This document shows positions 9,742-18,660 of a stretch of DNA of 64,000 nucleotides, piece after piece. Position 1 is the first letter of the stretch; every line of letters begins with the position of its first letter. Under the pieces are notes generated by a model. That model searched no databases and had not been told where the DNA came from. It saw nothing but the letters and a program-made list of their open reading frames with translations. Source of the DNA: Anaerolineae bacterium (GTDB lineage: Bacteria > Chloroflexota > Anaerolineae > Aggregatilineales > J027); contig DAOTVD010000266.1 in NCBI GenBank assembly GCA_034437075.1, positions 11,097 through 75,096 on the forward strand, read 5' to 3'. The position numbers were made by a program, and so were the translations under genes.

Positions 9742-10872
9742 ATGCTGCCTTTCAATATTCACAACTCCGATATTCTAGTCGTAGATGACACCCCGCAGAA
9801 TCTGAAACTGCTGTCGTCTATGCTCACCGAGCATGGCTATCGTGTACGGCCCGCCATCAATGGCGAGCTAGCGCTGCAAAGTGCCCGCAAAAATCAGCCG
9901 CATTTAATTCTGCTGGATATTCAAATGCCCGGCCTCAACGGCTACGAGGTTTGTACCGAGTTGAAGAACGACCTGCGTACGCGCGACATTCCCGTTATCT
10001 TCCTCAGTGCGCTGGATGGCACCGACGACAAGGTAAAAGCCTTTAAGGTCGGCGGGGTAGATTACATCACCAAACCCTTTCAGCTAGAGGAAGTGTTGGC
10101 GCGGGTGGAGGCGCAATTGACGCTACACTTACAATGGCGCGCCATTGAAAACTTCCTGCGCCGCGAACGGGCCTACTACGAACAACTCAGCGAAATGAAA
10201 GATGATGTGGTGCGCACGGCCTCCCACGACCTGAAAAACCCGATTTTCGCTATCTTGGGGTATACCGAGTTGATCCGACAGGAATTAGATGGCGCACTTC
10301 CCACTACAATCGAGAGATATCTAGACCGCATTCAGGATAGCACCACGCGCATGACGCGCCTCATCACCGATCTGCTGGACCTGGCCCAGGCCGAAAGTGG
10401 CATTGCCATGAACCTGGTGGAAACCGCGCTCAATCCCCTAATGGAGAACGCCGTACAGGCCATCGAAATCCTGGCGCAAAACAAGGGCCAAACCCTGGAA
10501 ATGACCCCCGCGCCAACCGATTTGAGCCTGATGGTTGATGGCCCCAAGATCGAACAGGTCTTTTTGAACCTGCTATCCAACGCCATTAAATACACCCCTG
10601 AAGGCGGCCATATTCAGCTAAAGGCAGAGGAACTCGGCGACAACGAAGTGGCCGTTTCGGTGGCCGACAATGGCATGGGCATTTCTGAAAAAGACTTGCC
10701 CCATTTGTTTGAGCGCTTCTATCGGATCAGTAACCGCGATCACGAAATTGAAGGGACGGGCTTGGGGCTGGCGATTGTGAAAGCTATCGTCACCCAACAC
10801 AATGGCAGGATTAATGTCGATAGCATGGTCGATCAGGGTAGTACGTTTACGGTGATCCTGCCGCGTGCCTAA
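9742..10872 (+). CDS. Receiver-domain histidine kinase (REC-HisKA-HATPase)
   Basis: ORF 9727..10872, with ATG at 9742. ILVVDDTPQNLKLL...LLDIQMPGLNGYE (REC), H-box ASHDLKNPI, DNGMGIS and GTGLGLAIV (ATPase). Confidence 0.9.
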   Translation: MLPFNIHNSDILVVDDTPQNLKLLSSMLTEHGYRVRPAINGELALQSARKNQPHLILLDIQMPGLNGYEVCTELKNDLRTRDIPVIFLSALDGTDDKVKAFKVGGVDYITKPFQLEEVLARVEAQLTLHLQWRAIENFLRRERAYYEQLSEMKDDVVRTASHDLKNPIFAILGYTELIRQELDGALPTTIERYLDRIQDSTTRMTRLITDLLDLAQAESGIAMNLVETALNPLMENAVQAIEILAQNKGQTLEMTPAPTDLSLMVDGPKIEQVFLNLLSNAIKYTPEGGHIQLKAEELGDNEVAVSVADNGMGISEKDLPHLFERFYRISNRDHEIEGTGLGLAIVKAIVTQHNGRINVDSMVDQGSTFTVILPRA

Positions 10873-11026
10873 GGGTAATGCCAGTATCCAGGCGACGGTT
10901 GCGAAAAGCACTTGAAATGCAATCGTGGAACCAACCAACAAAAATTGTCGGTCTTGTTCATAATTCAACAATGGCTGTAACTACTCATGGACAGTTCAAA
11001 ACAAACACAAATGTTTTTTCTGCCAA

Positions 11027-11052
11027 AACCGAGGGCTTAAGCCCTCGGTTTC
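11027..11052. terminator. Perfect 11-bp stem-loop downstream of the kinase operon
   Basis: AAACCGAGGGC-TTAA-GCCCTCGGTTT. It is A-rich before and T-rich after, so it could terminate on either strand. Confidence 0.55.
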
Positions 11053-11081
11053 ATACGGATTTGTTTTGCGTTCTCCATCAG

Positions 11082-11216
11082 CCCTCACCCCAACCCCTCT
11101 CCCAAACGGGCTTTCAGCCCTGGGAGAGGGGCAAAAAGTGTCGGTTTCGGGTCGTTTTCCCCCTCTACCAGCCGCAAAGCGGCGTTTGGGAGAGGGGGAT
11201 TAAGGGGGTGAGGGGG
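11082..11216. repeat. Pair of inverted REP-like G/C-tract hairpin units
   Basis: Unit 1: CCCTCACCCCAA + CCCCTCTCCCA..(GGGC TTTCA GCCC)..TGGGAGAGGGG. Unit 2, in opposite orientation: CCCCCTCT..(GCCGC AAA GCGGC)..AGAGGGGG + ATTAAGGGGGTGAGGGGG. Confidence 0.7.
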
Positions 11217-11290
11217 AAGAATTGGCATAGCCTGAGCAGTTACCAAATCACTTGATAAGCCCAGATCGCGCTCGATACAGATCATGGCTT

Positions 11291-11306
11291 TAAGGCTTTT
11301 CCAAGT
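11291..11306 (-). repeat. Solo MITE terminal repeat
   Basis: TAAGGCTTTTCCAAGT equals the reverse complement of the MITE right end (ACTTGGAAAAGCCTTA). It lies 2 nt before copy C. Confidence 0.7.
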
Positions 11307-11308
11307 TT

Positions 11309-11489
11309 TTAGGCTTTTCCCGAAAAATAATTACCCCTCCCCAGCCCCTCCCCGAATTCAGGGAGGGGCTATTATGCGCACGAGTAAGTTCTACCCCCGA
11401 ATTCGGGGGGAGCTAGAGGGGGGTAAAATCAAGCCGGTATCCTTTTCGACAAAAGCAAGCGGCATAGTTAAATACTTGGAAAAGCCTTA
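11309..11489 (+). mobile_element. MITE-like element copy C
   Basis: TTA|GGCTTTTCCCG ... CTTGGAAAAGCC|TTA. Internal sequence is near-identical to copies B and D. Confidence 0.85.
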
Positions 11490-11524
11490 ACTGAACCGCT
11501 GGCATTGGTAGCGCCACAGAATAA

Positions 11525-12046
11525 CGTGGTCTAGCAAAAAAAGGGGGTCGTCTGATCGCTTGGCCGAATATCAACATTGTGCAGGTCGTCAAACGCCGCA
11601 GTGCGGATGGCTTGTCGATTGCGTGTCGGATCGCACAGGGCAACACCGCGCAGGTGGAAAGGTGCCTGATGGACAGCCAACAAGGGGGTATCATCAACAC
11701 CGCATTTATCGAGCGCATCAATGCCACTGTCCGCCAGTGCTTGGCCTGTCTGTCGCGCCGGACTCGGCATCTGGCTTGCCAGGCCAAAACACCGGAAGCG
11801 GGCATGTTCCTCGTCGGTTGTGTTTACAATCTGTGTACCGACCATCACGCACGCCGCTTACCCTTGTGGCTTTCGGAACGCCGCTGTCGGTGGGTACAGC
11901 GAACGCCCGCCATGGCAGCAGGCTTAACCGATCATCGCTGGACCGTGGATGAGCTACTGACTTTCAAAATCCCGCCACCACCCTTTGTACCGCCAAAACG
12001 GCGCGGCAGACCACCGAAACGAGCCGTGCGGGGGGCTGTCACATGA
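11525..12046 (+). pseudogene. 3' remnant of a DDE transposase gene (IS1-like C-terminal region; family uncertain)
   Basis: The open frame has no plausible N-terminus. IVQVVKRR...INTAFIERINATVRQ...RRTR...YN and the tail RTPAMAAGLTDHRWTVDELL resemble C-termini of IS1-type transposases. The catalytic N-terminal half is absent. It starts about 35 nt after MITE copy C. Confidence 0.6.
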
Positions 12047-12077
12047 CCACGCTATCTTGTGGAGATACCAAGCGACT

Positions 12078-13013
12078 TTAGGTCGCCAAAAATTCGGCGA
12101 TTTGCGAGGCAGTGCCCAGGTTCACGCGCGCCGTTTGGCGGTCGATGCGTTTGACCAGCCCAGTCAGCACATCGCCAGGCCCCAATTCGATAATGGTGGT
12201 GACCCCAGCAGCAAGCATGGTTTGCACGCTGGTTTGCCAGCGGACATTAGCGGTCATTTGGGCGGTCAGTTCGGCGCGCAACTCATCCACGGTGGTCAGC
12301 GCCTGCCCGGTGACATTGCCGACAATGGGCACTTGTGGCGCGGTAAGTGCTGCCGCTGCTACAGCTTCGGCGAAGGCAGCCGCAGCATTGGCCATCAATG
12401 GCGAGTGAACAGCTACGCTCACCGGAAGTTGAATCGCGCGTTTGGCGCCTTTTGCCCGCGCGGCGTCTAACGCGCTTTCGATGCCTGCCACGGTGCCAGA
12501 AATGACCACCTGACCAGGACAGTTATCATTCGCGACGACGACCAAGTCGGGTACATCGGCGCAGATAGCACTCACGTCATCCAGGGAAAGACCCAAAATT
12601 GCAGCCACAGCGCCCGGCGTTTGTTCGCCCACTTCGGCCATCAGATCGGCGCGGCGTTGTACCAGGCGCAAGCCATCTTCGAATGGCAAGGCTCCCCCGG
12701 CGACCAACGCGGTAAATTCACCCAGGCTATGCCCGGCCATATAGGCGGGTTGGGGTACATCCTGCGCGGCTAAGACACGCCACACCGCCACCCCAACCAC
12801 GAACAGCGCAGGTTGCGTATAGCGCGTTTGGTTGAGTTGTTCGGCGGGGCCAGCGAAGCATAAGGCACTCAGCGCATACCCGAGCACATCATCCGCCATG
12901 CGAAAGGTCTCGTCCGCCACGGGATAGGCTATGGCGATGTCTTGCCCCATACCCACTTGTTGCGATCCCTGGCCAGGGAAAACAAAGGCACTCCGTGAGG
13001 GGTCGTAAGCCAT
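12078..13013 (-). CDS. fabD: Malonyl-CoA:ACP transacylase
   Basis: FVFPGQGSQQVGMG and the active-site GHSLGE. About 311 aa. It sits downstream of rpmF, as in fab operons. Confidence 0.92.
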   Translation of the reverse strand: MAYDPSRSAFVFPGQGSQQVGMGQDIAIAYPVADETFRMADDVLGYALSALCFAGPAEQLNQTRYTQPALFVVGVAVWRVLAAQDVPQPAYMAGHSLGEFTALVAGGALPFEDGLRLVQRRADLMAEVGEQTPGAVAAILGLSLDDVSAICADVPDLVVVANDNCPGQVVISGTVAGIESALDAARAKGAKRAIQLPVSVAVHSPLMANAAAAFAEAVAAAALTAPQVPIVGNVTGQALTTVDELRAELTAQMTANVRWQTSVQTMLAAGVTTIIELGPGDVLTGLVKRIDRQTARVNLGTASQIAEFLAT

Positions 13014-13042
13014 GTACGGTTCCGCAGGGTTAATGAAATGCG

Positions 13043-13231
13043 TTATTCTTCGTCGTCAATAATGAAGACGGTATGGCCGTTGTAGGTGCCACATTCTTTG
13101 CACACATGATGAGCAGGTGTCCAAGCGTCGCAATTTTCACAGCGTACCAGATGGCGCTGGCCCAGCGCATCGTGCGAGCGGCGATTCCGCTTGCGGCGCC
13201 GCGAAACTTTTCGTTTAGGTAAGGGACCCAT
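13043..13231 (-). CDS. rpmF: 50S ribosomal protein L32
   Basis: Internal start of ORF 13043..13294. MGPLPKRKVSRRRKRNRRSH plus a zinc ribbon CxxC...CxxC (CENCDAW...CKECG). Confidence 0.85.
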   Translation of the reverse strand: MGPLPKRKVSRRRKRNRRSHDALGQRHLVRCENCDAWTPAHHVCKECGTYNGHTVFIIDDEE

Positions 13232-13344
13232 AAGTAAATGGTTCTCCTGAGAATGTCTTAGGTATACAAACAGCGGGCCATGGCCCGAACCCAAGCATTC
13301 TATAGCACAGGCTGATAACCGTCAATAGGCATGCCTAGGCCAAG

Positions 13345-14442
13345 TCAGACCTCCGGTGGGGTTGTGCTGGTGGCTTGAGATGGCGTGCGCCCGCGCCCGG
13401 CATAAAGGCCAAAGTACATTTTGCCCGCTGTGCTACGAATATAGCGCGTAATCTGTACTTTTATCTTTCGGTCCAAATAACGCTTACCATCTTCCACAAC
13501 CACCATGGTGCCATCCGCGAGGTAGCCCACCCCCTGCCCGGCTTGCTGCCCCTCGGCCACAATGGTCACCAACACATATTCACCGGGCAGTAATTCGGGT
13601 TGTAGGGCCAAGGATAGTTCGTTAACGTTCAACACTTTGACGCCATGCACGCTCGCCACACCATTCAGATTAAAGTCGTTGGTCATCAATGGCACACCGC
13701 GCGCGCGGGAGACTTCAACCAGTTTGGCATCTACAGCGTCGATACTGGCCGGGTCATCGTCGATGACATGCACCACGTTGGTCGGGTCTTGGCGCAGTTT
13801 ATTCAGCACATCGAGCCCATGCCGCCCGCGTTGCCGGCGAATCGGGTCGTTGGAATTGGCGATATTTTGCAACTCGGTGAGCACAAACTGCGGCACATAC
13901 AGAATACTGGGGATAAACCCGGTTTTACTGATTTCTAATAGCCGACCATCAATAATTACGCTCGTATCGATGACAACGCCAGTTTCGTTTCCCTGATCGA
14001 CGCCGGGGAATTCTGGCCCGCCCCGCAAGAAGCCCCGCGCCAGCAGATAAAAGTCTTGGGAGCGTGCCGAAAAAAGCAACACACCAAAATAAGACGCGAC
14101 CAGCGCCACAATGGTGGGCATGTATATGCCGAAAATATCGGGCAAGCGAGAGAGTGGCCAAGCGAGCAAGACCGCAACAACCAACCCAAAGATCAGGCCA
14201 GTCATGGCCGTGGCCAATATTTCAATCGGCGTGCGCATTAAGACGCGCTGAAAGGAACGCGCGGGGCGGGTCGTTACCCAAGGGGTTAGAATAATACCAG
14301 TCAGGGACCCAACTAATGCGAATAGCAGCGCATTGACATCTTCTGGCAGGTTGAAGGCTTCGGCTGTAGAAACCCCAAAACGCGCGCCTAACAATGTGAA
14401 CACGACCATGCCCAAAATACGAAACTGAAATTCGACGGACAT
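13345..14442 (-). CDS. Membrane-anchored PIN/TRAM-domain protein (YacL-like)
   Basis: Start ATG 14442 is preceded by AAGGAGA. There are four N-terminal TM segments. Then VVIDTSVIIDGR (PIN) and a C-terminal TRAM-like beta domain (GEYVLVTIVAEGQQAGQGVGYLADGTMVVVE). Confidence 0.75.
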   Translation of the reverse strand: MSVEFQFRILGMVVFTLLGARFGVSTAEAFNLPEDVNALLFALVGSLTGIILTPWVTTRPARSFQRVLMRTPIEILATAMTGLIFGLVVAVLLAWPLSRLPDIFGIYMPTIVALVASYFGVLLFSARSQDFYLLARGFLRGGPEFPGVDQGNETGVVIDTSVIIDGRLLEISKTGFIPSILYVPQFVLTELQNIANSNDPIRRQRGRHGLDVLNKLRQDPTNVVHVIDDDPASIDAVDAKLVEVSRARGVPLMTNDFNLNGVASVHGVKVLNVNELSLALQPELLPGEYVLVTIVAEGQQAGQGVGYLADGTMVVVEDGKRYLDRKIKVQITRYIRSTAGKMYFGLYAGRGRTPSQATSTTPPEV

Positions 14443-14670
14443 GTATTCTCCTTGTGATGCAGCCATGCGGATTATCGCTGTCGGTAGAATAAAGAGCGCG
14501 ATAATGTGCTACCCGACCGTTCTGTTATCCCGTTATCTGGTCAATCCGTCATCAGGGAGGCGTTAAACGTCCAGCTTTGGCCCGGGTAGCCAACAGGGCC
14601 GACATCTACCACTAGATAAATAATACGAGACTTTAGCATGAAGACGCCCTGGCGTCAATTTGAGATGAGG

Positions 14671-15240
14671 TTATCGTAAGGCAATCGCCCCATAAATGGC
14701 CGCGCCGATGATGCTCAGCGGCACCATGAGCGCTGGACGCCACAACGCCAAGCCAAATACGACGATCACCAGCGCGATCCAATCTGGATGGGCGCGAAAC
14801 CCGGCCAGCCAGCTTCCGCCATGGTCGCGCGCAAAGACTTTGAACGCCTGGTCGTACACGACATAGGCCAACAGGCCCACCACGCCGATGCTAGCGCCTT
14901 TGGCCGCGCCGCGTAAAACAGAGTTATTGCCCATATTTTCCCACAGGACGGTGACCGCCACGGCCATCATCAAAATGCTGGGGATGACAACGCCCGCCGT
15001 CGCCACAAGCGCGCCCGCCCAGCCCGCGACTTGCAACCCCACCCAAAAGGCCATTTTGGTAGCCAGCGGGCCGGGTAAGCCATAACCCGTGGCCAAGGCC
15101 GTGCGAAAGTCCGCATCCGTAACCCAGCCTTTGCCCGAAACGACATCGGCTTCGATAATCGGTATCATAGACGGGCCGCCACCATAGGCAATGGTGCCCA
15201 GTTTCATAAACGTGGTGAAAAGTTCCCACAAGAGTGCCAT
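14671..15240 (-). CDS. Chromate-transporter (CHR) family protein, single-domain form
   Basis: FMKLGTIAYGGGPSMIPIIEADVV..GWVTDADF..ALATGYGLPGPLATKMA is the CHR signature. The internal ATG 15240 of ORF 14671..15285 is preferred. Confidence 0.75.
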   Translation of the reverse strand: MALLWELFTTFMKLGTIAYGGGPSMIPIIEADVVSGKGWVTDADFRTALATGYGLPGPLATKMAFWVGLQVAGWAGALVATAGVVIPSILMMAVAVTVLWENMGNNSVLRGAAKGASIGVVGLLAYVVYDQAFKVFARDHGGSWLAGFRAHPDWIALVIVVFGLALWRPALMVPLSIIGAAIYGAIALR

Positions 15241-15311
15241 AGGTTTGATACTCCGAAATGCTATCTTTAGGCAATCATAACGCACCCCAGCGGAGGTTTC
15301 ATTAAGCCGTT

Positions 15312-16550
15312 TTGCAGCCCATTCACGAACGCATCTCGCGCAATACCCTAATTTTGCTAACGAGCCAGGCCAGCACAGCGGGCTTGGCCTTTCTGCTGAC
15401 CGTCATCCTGGCGCGGGGGTTGGGGGATGTTGGCCTGGGGCGCTACGCGACGATTATGGCTTGGGTCTTGCCGCTGAGTCTGGTGGCGGATTTTGGGCTG
15501 AGCACCTGGCTGACGCGCGAAATCGCCGCCCAGCGCGGCCACACCCACGATTATTTGCGCCGGGCCTGGCCCATACGGGCGAGTATCGCGGGGGGGCTAG
15601 TCGGCGGTGTGTGGCTGGGCGCGCCCTGGCTGTTGCCGGGGGCCGGGGATGAACTGCGCCTAGCCGCCCCGCTCATCCTCATCGATACGCTATTCGGGAC
15701 GTACACCGCTGCATGGCGCGCCTGGGAACGCACTTTCCCGATTTTAGTCCTGAATGCGGGCCTGCTGGCGGCGCAGACGGTCGGGGCGGCGGTGATCATT
15801 CACCAGGGCGGCGGCTTGATGGGCGTAATCGCGGTACTGGTTATCGCTGATGCCGGGCAACTGGCCTGCGCGTGGGTCTGGTGGCGTGTAGAAAAACTCG
15901 CGCAACCCGGCCCGCGTCGCGTCAATCTGCCGTCTGGGGAGCGCTTGCTACGCGCGGCTTGGCCTTTCGCGGTCGCGGGATTGCTAGGGATGGTGCAACT
16001 GCGCGCCCCGGTGTTGCTGATGCAAGCCTTTCAGCCCGCCGAGGCGGTCGGTTGGTATGCGGGGGCAGCCCGCTTTGCCGAGGCCGCACGCTTGCCCATC
16101 ATGGCGCTATTTGGGGCGGTTTTCCCGGCCTTGTCCGCCATCCGCACCGACCGCGCGAGCCAACAACTATGGCGGAGGCGTCTGGTGCGCGGGCTCTTGA
16201 TCTATGGCGTGGCGCTGGGTGGCTTGTTTGTCCTATTGGGCGAGCAATTGCTGGGGCTGGCTTTTGGCGCGGCGTTTCGCGCGGGTGGCCCAGCATTGGC
16301 GATCCTGGGCGGGGGGTTGGCCGTGGCGCTGCTGCGCCAGCACGCGATCATTTTTCTATATATCAACGGCTATGAAGCGCGCGTGAACTGGGCCTTGGCG
16401 TTGGGGTTAGGCGTGCAAGTCGTCGCGGGGCTGGTCTGGGTGCCGCTATGGGGAGCAGCAGGGGCGGCGTTAAGCCTCCTGATGGGTGAGGGGGTAATGC
16501 TCATCTGGCTGCGCGGGTTGCAGCGGCGAGATAGACAGAATGAAGCGTGA
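15312..16550 (+). CDS. Polysaccharide/oligosaccharide flippase (MOP/Wzx-type) family protein
   Basis: 412 aa with about 12 predicted TM segments. The N-terminus LLTSQASTAGLAFLLTVILARGLGDVGLGRYA is typical of Wzx/MOP flippases. TTG start. Confidence 0.7.
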   Translation: MQPIHERISRNTLILLTSQASTAGLAFLLTVILARGLGDVGLGRYATIMAWVLPLSLVADFGLSTWLTREIAAQRGHTHDYLRRAWPIRASIAGGLVGGVWLGAPWLLPGAGDELRLAAPLILIDTLFGTYTAAWRAWERTFPILVLNAGLLAAQTVGAAVIIHQGGGLMGVIAVLVIADAGQLACAWVWWRVEKLAQPGPRRVNLPSGERLLRAAWPFAVAGLLGMVQLRAPVLLMQAFQPAEAVGWYAGAARFAEAARLPIMALFGAVFPALSAIRTDRASQQLWRRRLVRGLLIYGVALGGLFVLLGEQLLGLAFGAAFRAGGPALAILGGGLAVALLRQHAIIFLYINGYEARVNWALALGLGVQVVAGLVWVPLWGAAGAALSLLMGEGVMLIWLRGLQRRDRQNEA

Positions 16551-17042
16551 GCGCGGCGTATAAAACACCCGGTAATGATGGCCGGGCATCAGAGCATCCG
16601 CTTCGCGGGGCCAAGCGCGCAGCCAGGCATCATCTACCACCAGAAACCACAACAGCATATGGCGCGGCGGCATCCACACGGGCACCGGCGGCACACGATA
16701 GACCCACACCGGGCCTTCCGCGCGCACGGGGATTCCTTCGCCCAAGTCCGTCTTCAGATATTGCCAACGATCCCAGGCTTGCAGCGAAACCTGCACCGCC
16801 ACAAACATAATGCCCACCGTCAGAACAATCCAGGTCGCGCTGAGTTGGCCATTCAGCAGAAAATACACCAGTCCGATACTCATCAAAACCGCCAGCCCCC
16901 AACTAAGGCCCACCCCCCAGCGCATACGGGTGCGTAACTCGCGCCACAAGCGCGCCGCCTGATAATCCGTGATGCGGCCATCCAGGTTGGCGTGGTAGTC
17001 ACTTTCGCTAAAGCGGAACACGTACTCCAAGCGCTGGGCCAT
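16470..17042 (-). CDS. Hypothetical membrane protein
   Basis: 190 aa with two central TM segments. It starts 3 nt after the radical-SAM stop. Its 3' end overlaps the convergent flippase gene by 81 nt. Confidence 0.55.
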   Translation of the reverse strand: MAQRLEYVFRFSESDYHANLDGRITDYQAARLWRELRTRMRWGVGLSWGLAVLMSIGLVYFLLNGQLSATWIVLTVGIMFVAVQVSLQAWDRWQYLKTDLGEGIPVRAEGPVWVYRVPPVPVWMPPRHMLLWFLVVDDAWLRAWPREADALMPGHHYRVFYTPRSRFILSISPLQPAQPDEHYPLTHQEA

Positions 17043-17045
17043 GGC

Positions 17046-18530
17046 CTAAAAGCCTGTTGTTTCGGGGCGCCGATAGTGCACCAGGCGTTGCAAAGCCTTG
17101 AGTTCATACGGCCAGGCGTACCAGCCCAGTTGATAGCGCCAGCCAGAAAGCCCTTTCAGCAAGGTGCGCATACTGCCTTGCAGCCGAATATCGGTCACGG
17201 TTGGGTAATAGGCATTCACAACCGCTTCGAAATCGCGGACTTTGCGCCGCGCGGCGTCCTTGAAGTAGGGCAAATCGGGGTCGCGCCGATGGGCGAAAGC
17301 TTCCCATTCATCGCTGGCCCATTCGTCTAGCGTCTGTGGGAACCGAAAGCCGAGTTCTTGCGCAACCTTGAGTAGTTCGCTGCGGTCGTGTGGCACGGGT
17401 GTATAGATATACAGAATTAGTTCGGTGGCCGGGTTCACGCGCTTGACGCGCCGGATAAAGCGAATCGTATCGTCAATATCTTGCATGGGGTCGGGCGGGT
17501 TGCCCATCACGAATGAGAATTCTGGCACGATGCCTACTTCGCGCATTTTGGCCGCCATGGCGACGGTTTTATCCGTGGAGGACTTGCCGCCTTTGTTCAT
17601 GCGTTTGAGCATCTCGTCGGAGCCTGTTTCCGCGCCCATGAAAATCATCTGGCAGCCAGAGCGCTTCAGCTTGGCCCAGGTGGCATCGCTGTAGGTGCTC
17701 AGCTTGTCGATGCGCCCCAGCGCCCACCAGCGGATATTCAGCGGCGTCAGGCGCTCGGCAATTTCGGCGGCGCGGTCTTCCTGGATGAAAAAATCCATGT
17801 CGTGGAATTCCAACGCATCGGCGCCGTAATGCTCCACCAGCAACCGCGCGACCGTTTCGACCCGTTCGGGCGATTCGGGTAACCAGCGCTGGTTCACCAG
17901 CTTCACGACCGCACAAAAATTGCACGCGAACGGGCACCCGAAGCTGGTATGGTGGGAGAGCACGCGCTCACCCAGGTAACTTTGGCCTCGGTAGGGCAAA
18001 ACATCGTCCAGGGCCTCGTAGGGCCACAGCGGCAGGTCATCCAGCGGGACGAGCGGCGCGCGCGGATTGGTGCGGATCGTCTCGCCATCGCGCCACACCA
18101 GGCTGGGGATATCCGCCGGGCTGCCGCCCTTGTGCAGCATCTCCACAAAACGCTGGAACGCGATTTCGCCTTGGCCTTCGATGACGTAATCGACATAGTT
18201 GCTACGCAAACAGACATCGCCATGGTGGGTCGGGAAATATCCCCCCCAGAGGATGGTCAAAGCCGGATGCGTGGCTTTCACGCGCTGGCAGACGTCAATC
18301 GCCTGGCGAAGTTGTGGGCCGGGCATGATCGTCACGGCCAACAGGCGCGCGCCTGTCGCACGGGCACGCTCTATGATGTGCGTGGCGGGGTCGTCAATCA
18401 GATTACCGTCGATAAATTCAAGCGCGTAATCGCTGGCGATGGTCGAGCCAATCGCGAGCAAGGACATGGGCAAACGTTGCTTGCCTGGGGATGTGCTGAG
18501 CGGGTTGTATAAGAGGACAGTATGAGGCAT
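17046..18530 (-). CDS. B12-binding-domain radical SAM protein (class B)
   Basis: N-terminal Rossmann-like B12-binding region, then a CxxxCxxC cluster motif (GCPFACNFCAV). 494 aa. Confidence 0.85.
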   Translation of the reverse strand: MPHTVLLYNPLSTSPGKQRLPMSLLAIGSTIASDYALEFIDGNLIDDPATHIIERARATGARLLAVTIMPGPQLRQAIDVCQRVKATHPALTILWGGYFPTHHGDVCLRSNYVDYVIEGQGEIAFQRFVEMLHKGGSPADIPSLVWRDGETIRTNPRAPLVPLDDLPLWPYEALDDVLPYRGQSYLGERVLSHHTSFGCPFACNFCAVVKLVNQRWLPESPERVETVARLLVEHYGADALEFHDMDFFIQEDRAAEIAERLTPLNIRWWALGRIDKLSTYSDATWAKLKRSGCQMIFMGAETGSDEMLKRMNKGGKSSTDKTVAMAAKMREVGIVPEFSFVMGNPPDPMQDIDDTIRFIRRVKRVNPATELILYIYTPVPHDRSELLKVAQELGFRFPQTLDEWASDEWEAFAHRRDPDLPYFKDAARRKVRDFEAVVNAYYPTVTDIRLQGSMRTLLKGLSGWRYQLGWYAWPYELKALQRLVHYRRPETTGF

Positions 18531-18608
18531 GGTGCCGCTTTCTTGAGGACAATTGTTGCGTTAGTGTCAGTATATCATACGCAGCGGGGTACTTTGGTCG
18601 CCAAGTGC

Positions 18609-18637
18609 TTGACCCCCCCCAGGGGCTATGGTATGCT
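18609..18637 (+). promoter_or_regulatory. Sigma-70-type promoter of the T-box/ileS operon
   Basis: TTGACC (18609-18614), 17-nt spacer, TATGCT (18632-18637). Confidence 0.6.
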
Positions 18638-18660
18638 CCCAGCATCAATTACCATGATAG

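Noticed and set aside
10878-11285. ORFs 10878..11255 (+) and 11085..11285 (-) in the intergenic region after the kinase genes.
   Set aside because: They run through the terminator hairpin and the REP-like G/C-tract hairpins, and they show no coding features.
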